From: Bacteroidaceae bacterium
GTDB taxonomy: Bacteria; Pseudomonadota; Alphaproteobacteria; RF32; CAG-239
Direction: 5' to 3'
DNA length: 64,000 bases
Assembly: GCA_963641885.1 (NCBI GenBank)
Contig: CAVIDY010000001.1
Coordinates: 2,855-66,854, forward strand
The translations under genes were made by a program, and so were the position numbers. Positions 10,255 through 20,803 of the stretch are shown in pieces. The notes beneath the pieces were generated by a model. That model made no database searches and was not told the DNA's origin. It saw only the letters and a list, made by a program, of their open reading frames with translations. Positions within the stretch are counted from its first letter, which is position 1; every line of letters starts with the position of its first letter.

Positions 10255-10326
10255 CTCCTAAAAAATATGTTATGAGCCTCCTAAGCTCAAATTAGAATTA
10301 TATTTTGCAGAAACCTCCTAAGTTCC
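10255..10326 (-). promoter_or_regulatory. 5' leader of pilin paralog 1 with three TTAGGAG motifs, two of them in hairpin loops
   Basis: On the minus strand there are two hairpins, GGAAC-TTAGGAG-GTTTC (10310-10326) and TGAGC-TTAGGAG-GCTCA (10273-10289). The third motif, TTAGGAG (10255-10261), is the Shine-Dalgarno 7 nt before the ATG. Confidence 0.45.
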
Positions 10327-10456
10327 GCTGGCAGTGAATATACTGCTTAATTCTTTCAATTTTCTTAATAACATAAAATTTTATGATTTGCAATAAGCAA
10401 TGGGATATAGCACTTTGGTAATAGCTTAGATTAACGTATTGAATATACTAAATAAA

Positions 10457-10531
10457 TGGTAGTTCTGGGCAGAGTTGAACTGCCGACCCATCCATGTGAA
10501 GGATATGTGATAACCGTTTCACCACAGAACT
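10457..10531 (-). tRNA. tRNA-Val (anticodon CAC)
   Basis: Hand-folded 75-nt cloverleaf: AGTTCTG-TG-GTGA-AACGGTTA-TCAC-A-TATCC-TTCACAT-GGATG-GGTC-GGCAG-TTCAACT-CTGCC-CAGAACT-A-CCA. It has A73 and an encoded CCA. Confidence 0.82.
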
Positions 10532-10540
10532 AAAACAAGT

Positions 10541-10615
10541 TGGTAGTTCCGCGCAGAGTTGAACTGCAGACTCATCCATGTCAAGGATACGTGATAACCG
10601 TTTCACCACGGAACT
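10541..10615 (-). tRNA. tRNA-Val (anticodon GAC)
   Basis: Hand-folded 75-nt cloverleaf: AGTTCCG-TG-GTGA-AACGGTTA-TCAC-G-TATCC-TTGACAT-GGATG-AGTC-TGCAG-TTCAACT-CTGCG-CGGAACT-A-CCA. Confidence 0.82.
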
Positions 10616-10758
10616 ATTCTTTTGCTTGCATAATAATCTGAATTTTCGGCTTGTCAAATTTAATTTATAAAAAAAATAAAATACTTTTAAAAAATCTCTT
10701 GAAATTTAAATTTATATCACTAAAACAAGCGATTGAATTTTTAGCGGGGATACAAAAA

Positions 10759-11928
10759 ATGAGAAAGTTCAGTTTATATGTTTTAGCCTTTGGCACTTTC
10801 GGCTTGGGAATGGCGGAATTCGGTATGATGAGCATTTTATCGGTTGCCGCAGCCGGTTTACAGGTTTCCGTTCCGGAAGCCGGACATTTTATTTCTGCTT
10901 ATGCTTTGGGCGTTTGTTTTGGGGCGATTGTTCTTACTTTTATGGCGCAGGGACATTCCTTAAAGTCGCTGCTGATTGCCTTGATGTTGCTTATGTGTTT
11001 TGGTAATATGCTGGCGGCGGTAGCGCCTAATTATGGTTTTATGGTCGTGGCTCGTTTCATTTCCGGCTTGCCGCATGGCGGCTATTTCGGCGTTGCCGGT
11101 ATTGTGGCAAAACGCTTGGCATCCCAAAAGAAGCAGGTACAGGCGGTAGCGATTATGATTTCCGGAATGACGGTTGCCAATTTGCTAGGGATTCCGCTGG
11201 CTGCCTACATCACCCACCTTGTGTCATGGCATATGCTTTTTGCCATGGTTGTCGGCTGGGGCTTGTGGACAGTTTATTGCATACATAAATGGGTGCCGAA
11301 CGTTGCCGTCAAACAAACTGCCGATTTCAAATCTCAATTTGCATTTTTGAAAAAGCCCCTGCCTTGGCTGCTGCTTCTCACCATTATGCTCGGTAACGGC
11401 GGAATTTTTTGTTGGTACAGCTACATCAGTCCGATTATGCTGCATGAAGCTGGCTTTTCCGCGGCTCAAATGTCTTGGGTAATGGTTGTGGCTGGATTGG
11501 GCATGGTTTTAGGCAATCTTTTCAGCGGCAAGCTCTCGCTTTATTTATCGCCGACCAAACTCACCGCCATCATGACTGCCATCATGTTTACAGCCTCACT
11601 GTCTATGATTTTTTCGGCGCAGTATCAGATTTCTGCCCTCGCCGTAATGTTTTTGGGCGTATTCGGGCTGTTCGGCGTTTCCGGACCAGAGCAATATTTG
11701 ATTATTGACACAGCAAAAGGCGGTGAGATTCTCGGCGCTTCCGGCGCGCAGGTTTCATTCAATCTCGGAAACGCCATCGGCGCATATGTCGGTGGTTTGC
11801 CAATAGCCATGGGCTATGCCAATTCTGTTTCCGCTTTGCCAGGGGTGGTTTTAACGGTATTGGGACTAATTACAATCTATTATTTTGGTAAAATGTACAA
11901 CCGAGAAAATAAAACTCTAAATAGCTAG
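10759..11928 (+). CDS. MFS transporter (DHA1/YdhP-AraJ-like)
   Basis: About 12 predicted TM helices with an MFS-like N-terminus (LAFGTFGLGMAEFGMMSIL). I chose the ATG at 10759, preceded by GGGGA, over the TTG at 10651. Confidence 0.85.
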   Translation: MRKFSLYVLAFGTFGLGMAEFGMMSILSVAAAGLQVSVPEAGHFISAYALGVCFGAIVLTFMAQGHSLKSLLIALMLLMCFGNMLAAVAPNYGFMVVARFISGLPHGGYFGVAGIVAKRLASQKKQVQAVAIMISGMTVANLLGIPLAAYITHLVSWHMLFAMVVGWGLWTVYCIHKWVPNVAVKQTADFKSQFAFLKKPLPWLLLLTIMLGNGGIFCWYSYISPIMLHEAGFSAAQMSWVMVVAGLGMVLGNLFSGKLSLYLSPTKLTAIMTAIMFTASLSMIFSAQYQISALAVMFLGVFGLFGVSGPEQYLIIDTAKGGEILGASGAQVSFNLGNAIGAYVGGLPIAMGYANSVSALPGVVLTVLGLITIYYFGKMYNRENKTLNS

Positions 11929-11939
11929 ACAAGAAAACT

Positions 11940-11961
11940 CCCGCCGTTTTAATGCGGCGGG
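11940..11961. terminator. Bidirectional terminator hairpin between convergent genes
   Basis: Stem CCCGCCG / CGGCGGG, with A/T runs on both sides. Confidence 0.6.
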
Positions 11962-11971
11962 ATAAAAATTT

Positions 11972-12274
11972 TTAGTTATTGCTTAAAGTTTTTAAGTTGT
12001 TGATAATGTTTTCAGCGGCGGTTTGCGATTCTTCACTGATTCCCGCAGCCTGCAGGGCCAGTTTTTTCAAGCAGGTGTTAGTAATGTCTTTAGAAGTTTC
12101 GCTGACGGTGTTAACAAACAATGTGCCGTTATATAGACGGCTGTTAGCCTCGTTTAGCATGCACGCCTGCATTTTTTGACGCGGAGTCGCGTCTGCAGAA
12201 ACCGTGGTATATTGAGAAATATTTTCGCAAGAGCTCAAAAGCAAAGCAGCTGCCAAAAGATATACTTTTTTCAT
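11972..12274 (-). CDS. Small lipoprotein, function unknown
   Basis: The signal peptide plus lipobox reads MKKVYLLAAALLLSSC. 100 aa. Confidence 0.6.
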   Translation of the reverse strand: MKKVYLLAAALLLSSCENISQYTTVSADATPRQKMQACMLNEANSRLYNGTLFVNTVSETSKDITNTCLKKLALQAAGISEESQTAAENIINNLKTLSNN

Positions 12275-12379
12275 AATCTAGTCCTTTTATATATTGTTGA
12301 ATTTATGCAAAGGTATAGCGTAATTATGTTAAAAGCAACAAAAAAACTCTCGTTCTGCAAAGAAAGAGAGTTTTAATTT

Positions 12380-12808
12380 TCATTTTTTATAAAAATCATG
12401 CGTTGTCGGCGGCAAGTTTAAAACATATCTGTTCATACACAAATACGCTGCCACATAAAACAACAACGGATAGACAGTCCAACACGACAAATATATCGTG
12501 CAAACAAAAATTCCTTTGATGTTTCTGGCTGCGGCAAGTTTGCTTTGATAAGCCCCTACACTCAATCTTCCCCATTCTCTTTGATAAAATAGCTTGTACT
12601 GATATAGCCGAAATAATGGATAAACCACTCTTCCGGTAAAAACAGCACACAGCAAAAGACACAAAATGGTTACAGGAACCACAAAAAACGGATAGAATTC
12701 AACAATGAAATCGGCTTGTCTAAGCAAAGCGCTACCCATATAAATTGTAGCGGCAACACCGGCAAAAAACCAAAAAACACCCAACTTAAAAATACTACTA
12801 TTTCTCAT
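12380..12808 (-). CDS. Hypothetical integral membrane protein
   Basis: 142-aa ORF with about 4 hydrophobic helices. I recognise no family. Confidence 0.5.
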   Translation of the reverse strand: MRNSSIFKLGVFWFFAGVAATIYMGSALLRQADFIVEFYPFFVVPVTILCLLLCAVFTGRVVYPLFRLYQYKLFYQREWGRLSVGAYQSKLAAARNIKGIFVCTIYLSCWTVYPLLFYVAAYLCMNRYVLNLPPTTHDFYKK

Positions 12809-12953
12809 AAGACACTATAATAATAGGTTATTATCTTTATACTACTCGTGTCGCTGCAATTTGTCAATAAGCAAAATTTTGGCAAAAAACACTTGGCAAA
12901 ACAAATAAAATATGCTAAAAAATAGTCCAAATTTTATAATTTTAACTTTAATT

Positions 12954-13382
12954 ATGCGCAAATTATTATTGTTTTTATTGGTCGCCGCCGCCTTTTATTG
13001 CTGTTCAGAGTTTATGGAGCATCAGCCTCATAATCCTAAAGTTGTGGCAGAAGGCATTATAGTGCAAAAAGTATTTGATACTGGTAGAGATTCTTTTTAT
13101 GCCGCCGTCGGTCAAAAAATGTATCCGGTTGCCCGAGTGCTTTCTGACCAAGGCGCGTGGGCTTACCCCAAAAAAGACAGTGTGGTTACGGGCTTTATTA
13201 CCAAAAAGAATCCGAACATTCGTTTTATGTTCGGCAAAGTCGATGAGGCAAAAATTGAAAAAGCCTTTCAAAAGCAAGCCTCGCATGCTTTAGGTGTGTT
13301 GGTTCTGCTAGCAATACTGGTCATATGCCTTTGGAATCCTGAAGGTGAAGACGATGATTTTCCTGAAATTAAGAAATCTTAA
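12954..13382 (+). CDS. Hypothetical protein with an N-terminal signal/anchor and a C-terminal TM helix
   Basis: The ORF spans 12912..13382. I prefer the internal Met MRKLLLFLLVAAAFYCC. A terminator follows. Confidence 0.45.
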   Translation: MRKLLLFLLVAAAFYCCSEFMEHQPHNPKVVAEGIIVQKVFDTGRDSFYAAVGQKMYPVARVLSDQGAWAYPKKDSVVTGFITKKNPNIRFMFGKVDEAKIEKAFQKQASHALGVLVLLAILVICLWNPEGEDDDFPEIKKS

Positions 13383-13384
13383 TC

Positions 13385-13421
13385 AAAAAATCCTGTTTCA
13401 AAATTGAAACGGGATTTTTTA
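13385..13421 (+). terminator. Rho-independent terminator
   Basis: Stem ATCCTGTTTCA / TGAAACGGGAT (one G:U pair), followed by TTTTTT. Confidence 0.6.
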
Positions 13422-13523
13422 TTTGTTTTAACATTTGACATATAGAGCTGAAATGTTTAAAAGTAAGTGTATCAATTAACCTAAAAATGAGGAAAGAAAG
13501 ATGAAAAACAAGCAATCCAAAGG

Positions 13524-13540
13524 TCTCTCTCTCTCTCTCT
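13524..13540. repeat. (TC)8.5 dinucleotide microsatellite
   Basis: The run tctctctctctctctct was read directly. It lies inside a 20-codon mini-ORF (13501..13563) that has a GAGGA Shine-Dalgarno, about 230 nt upstream of pilin paralog 2. Confidence 0.9.
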
Positions 13541-13771
13541 GCGAATCCTATACATCTGATTAGAGGCACTTTTTCTGCCGTTCAGCACGTTTTTGCAGGG
13601 TTTATTAACTCACCATACGTTTTTAAACACAACTCTTTCAACGTCATTCTTCGGCGTGAACGAAGTGAACTGTCCGGAGAATCCAGAAATAAAAAGTCTA
13701 TATTCTTTAAGCGGATATATTGTACTGGATCCTCTGCGAATGAGCTAACGCTCAAAGCAAAAGATGACAAT

Positions 13772-14416
13772 ATGAGTGTGTCGCAATTTGGTCGTTCGAT
13801 GATAGAAATGCTGGGCGTGCTGGCGATTATCGGGGTGCTATCGGTTGGCGGTATCGCGGGATATTCCAAAGCTATGGATAAGTATAAAACTACAAAGCTT
13901 ATGGGGGAATATAACGAGCTTATTCGTAATTTGATTGAATATCGCCCCAATTTTGAGAAGAATTATCCTAATACAGCCGATTTGAAGAATGTAGTGTTGG
14001 CTGCAGGTTTATTGCCGGCAAAATGGCATCCGGATTATCAGCCTGCTTATTTTAGGGATAGCAAAAACAATTATTTTAGGGTGAATTGGGATTGTTATAA
14101 TGTGAAACCTTGTGCTTATGTTGTTGTTACAACAATCGGAGGCAGTATAAGACTAGACAGTCAAAATCCGGTAAATATAAGGCAAGAATGTGTTGCATTT
14201 TTTCAATATGTTATTCAGCCTTTGCATTCAGTATTAAGATACGGACGTGGAACATGGGCTTTCAGTGGAACAGGTCAAGCTCCGTTATACTACGGAGACG
14301 CTTATTGTGACGCAAGACATAAACCTTGTTTAAGAGATATGACTTTATCTGATATGCGGGATTCTTGTGCTCCGTGTAAGGAGGGGAGAGGCTGTGAAGT
14401 TTCAATGTATTTCTAA
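13772..14416 (+). CDS. Prepilin-type pilin/pseudopilin-like protein, paralog 2 (Cys-rich C-terminal domain)
   Basis: The N-terminus is MSVSQFG|RSMIEMLGVLAIIGVLSVGGIAGYSKAM, with 29 aa identical to paralog 1. The C-terminal part is unrelated and contains 11 Cys. Confidence 0.75.
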   Translation: MSVSQFGRSMIEMLGVLAIIGVLSVGGIAGYSKAMDKYKTTKLMGEYNELIRNLIEYRPNFEKNYPNTADLKNVVLAAGLLPAKWHPDYQPAYFRDSKNNYFRVNWDCYNVKPCAYVVVTTIGGSIRLDSQNPVNIRQECVAFFQYVIQPLHSVLRYGRGTWAFSGTGQAPLYYGDAYCDARHKPCLRDMTLSDMRDSCAPCKEGRGCEVSMYF

Positions 14417-14422
14417 AAAGCA

Positions 14423-14451
14423 AAACACCTCGTCTTGCGGACGAGGTGTTT
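14423..14451. terminator. Bidirectional terminator between pilin paralog 2 and gyrB
   Basis: Stem AAACACCTCGTC / GACGAGGTGTTT with loop TTGCG. Confidence 0.7.
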
Positions 14452-14468
14452 GCCGGAGTTAGAAAACT

Positions 14469-16928
<2,460 letters not shown>

Positions 16929-17077
16929 CTAATTTTTCATTTTGTAAAAATATAGCGCAGACTGCTGAAATTACCAAGCACAAAATGAAAGTTATAAGCA
17001 GAAAACCGTTAAAAAGGCGCTTGATTTTTCTCCTCAACAGCGCTATAATATAACTCTGAATTAAATTATTCTAGCGT

Positions 17078-17494
17078 ATGAAAAATTATATTATTTTAAT
17101 CGGTTTGCTAATTGGAACGTTAGCTTTGGCTGCTGTTGAATATTTCTGCGGCTGCCCTTTTGATTTTCGCTGGAGCGAGTTTATCAGCGGTTGTTTTGTC
17201 TTGATTATCGGTTTGCTTTGGGCATATCGTCTCAACCGCAAAAAAGCCTGCTTAGGTTTAGCTTTTGTCGGCGGAATGGTGTTAATTTGCACAGTAAACA
17301 TCGGCATTAACGCTGTTAACCTGTTCAAAATGCTGCTGGACGCTTATCCCGACATCAACGGCGGATTTCTGATTATTCTAACCCTGATTATGGCGCTTTA
17401 TGTGCCGTTTGTGTATATCGGCGCTATTTTTGTGTATTTGCACTACTTCTGCGATTTGCGCGATGTGTTCAAGCAAATACAGCGCTATGACTAA
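17078..17494 (+). CDS. Hypothetical membrane protein
   Basis: 138-aa ORF with 4 hydrophobic helices. A terminator follows. Confidence 0.5.
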   Translation: MKNYIILIGLLIGTLALAAVEYFCGCPFDFRWSEFISGCFVLIIGLLWAYRLNRKKACLGLAFVGGMVLICTVNIGINAVNLFKMLLDAYPDINGGFLIILTLIMALYVPFVYIGAIFVYLHYFCDLRDVFKQIQRYD

Positions 17495-17500
17495 ATAACA

Positions 17501-17537
17501 AAAAAGGAAATTCCGTAAAAAGAATTTCCTTTTTTGT
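17501..17537. terminator. Bidirectional terminator
   Basis: Stem AAAAAGGAAATTC / GAATTTCCTTTTT. Confidence 0.65.
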
Positions 17538-17542
17538 TTGGC

Positions 17543-18490
17543 TTATTTGCCAGTAAAATCATATAATATTTTACCCTGTTCATTGTCCAAATTAAATACC
17601 CAATCGGCAAAATATTTTTGATTATTTTCCACAAATAACGCCACTTCTTTACGCGGCAACCGCGAAGAACTCAGTTTCACCGCCAGCCAATAATCATCAA
17701 CGGCAGTTTTATACACTTCCAAATTATAAATCAGTCCGACTTTGGTTTCCACCACAATTTTATGCGATTCGATTTTTGCAAAATCTGCCATAAAATCTTT
17801 CTTTAAAGCAATGCCGTTATAATCCATGTATAATAGAGCCACTAAAAACTCTTTCACTCTTTTAGATTTAGCTGTTTCCGGCGGCAAATTTTCTAGAACA
17901 AAAGCCCCCTCAGAAACCGTTATACAACTGACCTGACTTGCCGGAATTTCAAACAACGGAAACGGCATCCAGTCACTGGCTTCTCCCGAAAATCCGCCCG
18001 CCTCGCTAATGCTGTAAACATACGGAAAGCCATTAAGCATAACAAAACGATATTCTCCGTTGGCATAACCGCCGCCTAAAGCAACTTTGTCCAACAAATT
18101 TCCTTCTACGTCAAAAGTTTCGACTAAAGTTTTATGTTCATCGTCCAAACCATATTCAGCCAATTTATCTTTCTGTACTTCAGCAACGGCAACAATAACC
18201 GAGTTGTTTATCATTTTGTAAAAAGAGGCAAGCTGTCCGGCATCGGCAAAATAATCGGCAGCTTCTTTTATCCGCCATTCTCCGCCGTTGTCGTAAATTT
18301 CAAGTTCTCCGTCCACTGTGCTCAGCTTTATTTTTTGCAGCAGCGCCGACTTATGCCGTGTTTGAGCAAAAGTATATTCTCCGCGCCGATTTAAGCCGCT
18401 GCGGACTTTGGCAAACCATACGGATAGTCCGGCTAAAAAGACCATTCCCAGCGCAACGCATAAGCTTATAATCCAATATTTTTTAGGCAC
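17543..18490 (-). CDS. DUF4340-like protein (accessory to a GldG-type ABC system)
   Basis: N-terminal anchor. It is the last gene of the ABC-2/GldG operon and overlaps the preceding gene by 8 nt. The family call rests on context plus general sequence resemblance. Confidence 0.55.
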   Translation of the reverse strand: MPKKYWIISLCVALGMVFLAGLSVWFAKVRSGLNRRGEYTFAQTRHKSALLQKIKLSTVDGELEIYDNGGEWRIKEAADYFADAGQLASFYKMINNSVIVAVAEVQKDKLAEYGLDDEHKTLVETFDVEGNLLDKVALGGGYANGEYRFVMLNGFPYVYSISEAGGFSGEASDWMPFPLFEIPASQVSCITVSEGAFVLENLPPETAKSKRVKEFLVALLYMDYNGIALKKDFMADFAKIESHKIVVETKVGLIYNLEVYKTAVDDYWLAVKLSSSRLPRKEVALFVENNQKYFADWVFNLDNEQGKILYDFTGK

Positions 18491-20801
18491 TATAATTCTC
18501 CTTTATTCGGCTGTTTTGCCGCAATCTGTAAAACCTTGTCAAAAAGAATAAAGCAACAATCTCCAGCAATGGAATGATAAAAATCTGCATTATCATCATT
18601 CTTGCTGTTGCCATTCCATAGTCGCTTTTTATTTTATAATCGATTCGCTGCAGCTTTTCTTCATTTTGCGCCAGTTCCCTGCCTGCTTTTCCAACCTGTA
18701 CCAGCTGTTCATAAAGCAAAGCGTTTTCATTGCTTTGTTCGTATAAAACCCGCTTTTGTTCCTGAATTTTATTCTGCAAAACATTATAAGCCGCTTCCTG
18801 CCGGTTAAAAATATTTTTCATCAGCCGCTGTCCGATACTATCAAGGTTAAAAAGCTGCTTGCCGACCGGCAGCTGCTCATAAATTTGATTATCCGTCATA
18901 TAATCAATTAAAGCCCTCACCGCTGCTCCGTTGCCGCTTTTTTCTATCACGCTGTACGGATTTCTATCCGGAGAATTTTCCGACACCCAAAACGGAGCCT
19001 CCAAAAAGTCAACATCTCCCACCACCGCGGCTTTGCCCACCTTCAGCGATTGTTTCAAAAACGGTTTCATAGTTGCCGCCAGTTCTGTTTCTGCATATGG
19101 ATTCTTGGTATATAAAGAACTAAAAGAGCCTTCCAGCACCGCACCGACCAAACCGTTTTCGTTAGTAATAAAAGGAATCATCTTTACCGCCGGATTATCT
19201 ACCTCAAACAAAAATGCCTTATTCAGCCGCAGTCCCAACGGGCTATAACCGAAAGTTTTTTCCAATTTGCCTTCGTCCACGGCAACAGTCTTTAAGTTCA
19301 CCCGCCAATTATTCAAAAAGTCAACAAACTGCACATCTTCGCTGTTGGTCAAATCCGACTGGCTAGCGGTATAAAAGTCAAAAAAAACCACCACACGCCC
19401 GCCGCGCATAATAAATTGGTCAACTCCGTAACGCAGCGACGGTGAAATTTTTTTAGGATTTATCAGCACCAACAAATCTACTTTGTTAGAAAACTCATAC
19501 ATTGACGGCGAAATATTAAAAACATTATAATCATTTTCAAGATTAAGCAAAATTTCCTGCAAGCCATCTAAATTTTGCATATTATCTACAAACACGCCGA
19601 TATTTTTAACTCTTTCCGGCTCGGTTACTTTTAATAAAGCCGTGTCTATATCTTTTTCCAATAACGGCTGTCTTTGCAGCAAAAATTGCTTTATCACAGC
19701 CTCTTTGCCGACCGTAGTTCTAACTACGGCACCCAAATAATTACGGCTGCCTCCGGCATTAGTTTCAAAATACAAGCCCTTATTCAACACTTTTTCTTCC
19801 AATTCCGAAAAAGGCTCGACATAGGTTATATTTACATCGACAATTCCGCCGCTCAAACGTTGATAGCGCCGCAAAAAGCGCTGAATTTGCTGTAAATAAT
19901 GGAAATAGTCCGAATTAGAATTGATATAATCTTTTGCCGCAAAAACATCAATGGTCACCGTTTTTTGCAACTTATCCAGCAGCTCTGCCGTTTGCGTTTT
20001 CGGCGTATATAACTTAGCTTTGGTCAAATCGGCTTTACCCGCAAAAAAGTTAGATACTGCAATATTAAAAAACGCCGTTCCCAGCAGCAAAATAAGCATA
20101 AACGCGCCAACCTTCTGCCATTTATATTTTTGGCAGCTGCCGTGCAAAGAAAGCACCACAGTGTTCAAAAACACAAAAACCACCGTAAAAGTAACAAAAT
20201 ACAAAACATCAACAGCGCCAATTTCTGCAAACAAAAAATTATTATATATGGTATATAAGCCAAAATAAGGCAAAGCCGTCCACAAGGCAAGGCTGAAGAA
20301 ACTCAGCAAATATGCCAAAATCAAATTGCTTGTCAACGCCGAAACAAAAATTCCGACCGAGCAGAAAAACAGCATAACAAAAAACAAGCCAAGCTCATTT
20401 GTCAGAATATTTTGCCAGTCTAAATTCAACCAGCCAGCGGAATAGATTATAAATGGCGTTAGCCCAAGCATTGCCAAAAGGCAAAAAGCTCCGGCGGCGC
20501 AGAATTTGGCTGCAGTCAATATAGAATAAGGCATCGGTTGGGTCAGCAAATATTCAATGGTGCCGGAACGATATTCTTCCGCCCAGCTGCGCATGGTCAA
20601 AACAGGCATTAACACCGCCAAAATAATTGGCTGCGCATAAAAAAGCGCATACAAAGCCCCGTCATGCATACCTAAATATGAGCCGAAATAAAACGCCGTT
20701 CCCACCGAGGCGAATAAATACACAAACAACACAAAATATGCCGAAAAATTACGGAAATAGCTGCGAAATTCTCTTAACATCAAAGCGGTAAACTGCTGCA
20801 T
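18483..20801 (-). CDS. Fused ABC-2 type permease (GldF-like) and GldG-like auxiliary domain protein
   Basis: 772-aa ORF. The N-terminal ~240 aa form a multi-TM permease. They are followed by a large soluble domain and a C-terminal TM helix, as in ABC_transp_aux/GldG proteins. Confidence 0.65.
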   Translation of the reverse strand: MQQFTALMLREFRSYFRNFSAYFVLFVYLFASVGTAFYFGSYLGMHDGALYALFYAQPIILAVLMPVLTMRSWAEEYRSGTIEYLLTQPMPYSILTAAKFCAAGAFCLLAMLGLTPFIIYSAGWLNLDWQNILTNELGLFFVMLFFCSVGIFVSALTSNLILAYLLSFFSLALWTALPYFGLYTIYNNFLFAEIGAVDVLYFVTFTVVFVFLNTVVLSLHGSCQKYKWQKVGAFMLILLLGTAFFNIAVSNFFAGKADLTKAKLYTPKTQTAELLDKLQKTVTIDVFAAKDYINSNSDYFHYLQQIQRFLRRYQRLSGGIVDVNITYVEPFSELEEKVLNKGLYFETNAGGSRNYLGAVVRTTVGKEAVIKQFLLQRQPLLEKDIDTALLKVTEPERVKNIGVFVDNMQNLDGLQEILLNLENDYNVFNISPSMYEFSNKVDLLVLINPKKISPSLRYGVDQFIMRGGRVVVFFDFYTASQSDLTNSEDVQFVDFLNNWRVNLKTVAVDEGKLEKTFGYSPLGLRLNKAFLFEVDNPAVKMIPFITNENGLVGAVLEGSFSSLYTKNPYAETELAATMKPFLKQSLKVGKAAVVGDVDFLEAPFWVSENSPDRNPYSVIEKSGNGAAVRALIDYMTDNQIYEQLPVGKQLFNLDSIGQRLMKNIFNRQEAAYNVLQNKIQEQKRVLYEQSNENALLYEQLVQVGKAGRELAQNEEKLQRIDYKIKSDYGMATARMMIMQIFIIPLLEIVALFFLTRFYRLRQNSRIKENYSA

Positions 20802-20803
20802 TT

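Noticed and set aside
10448-10657. A 69-aa minus-strand ORF has an internally repeated SVVKRLS.IL.MD.SAVQLC.ELP sequence.
   Set aside because: The repeat is simply the two tandem tRNA-Val genes translated. It is not a protein.
13582-13950. A 122-aa minus-strand ORF overlaps the start of pilin paralog 2.
   Set aside because: It overlaps a gene with a clear prepilin signature on the other strand. It has no Shine-Dalgarno and I recognise no family.
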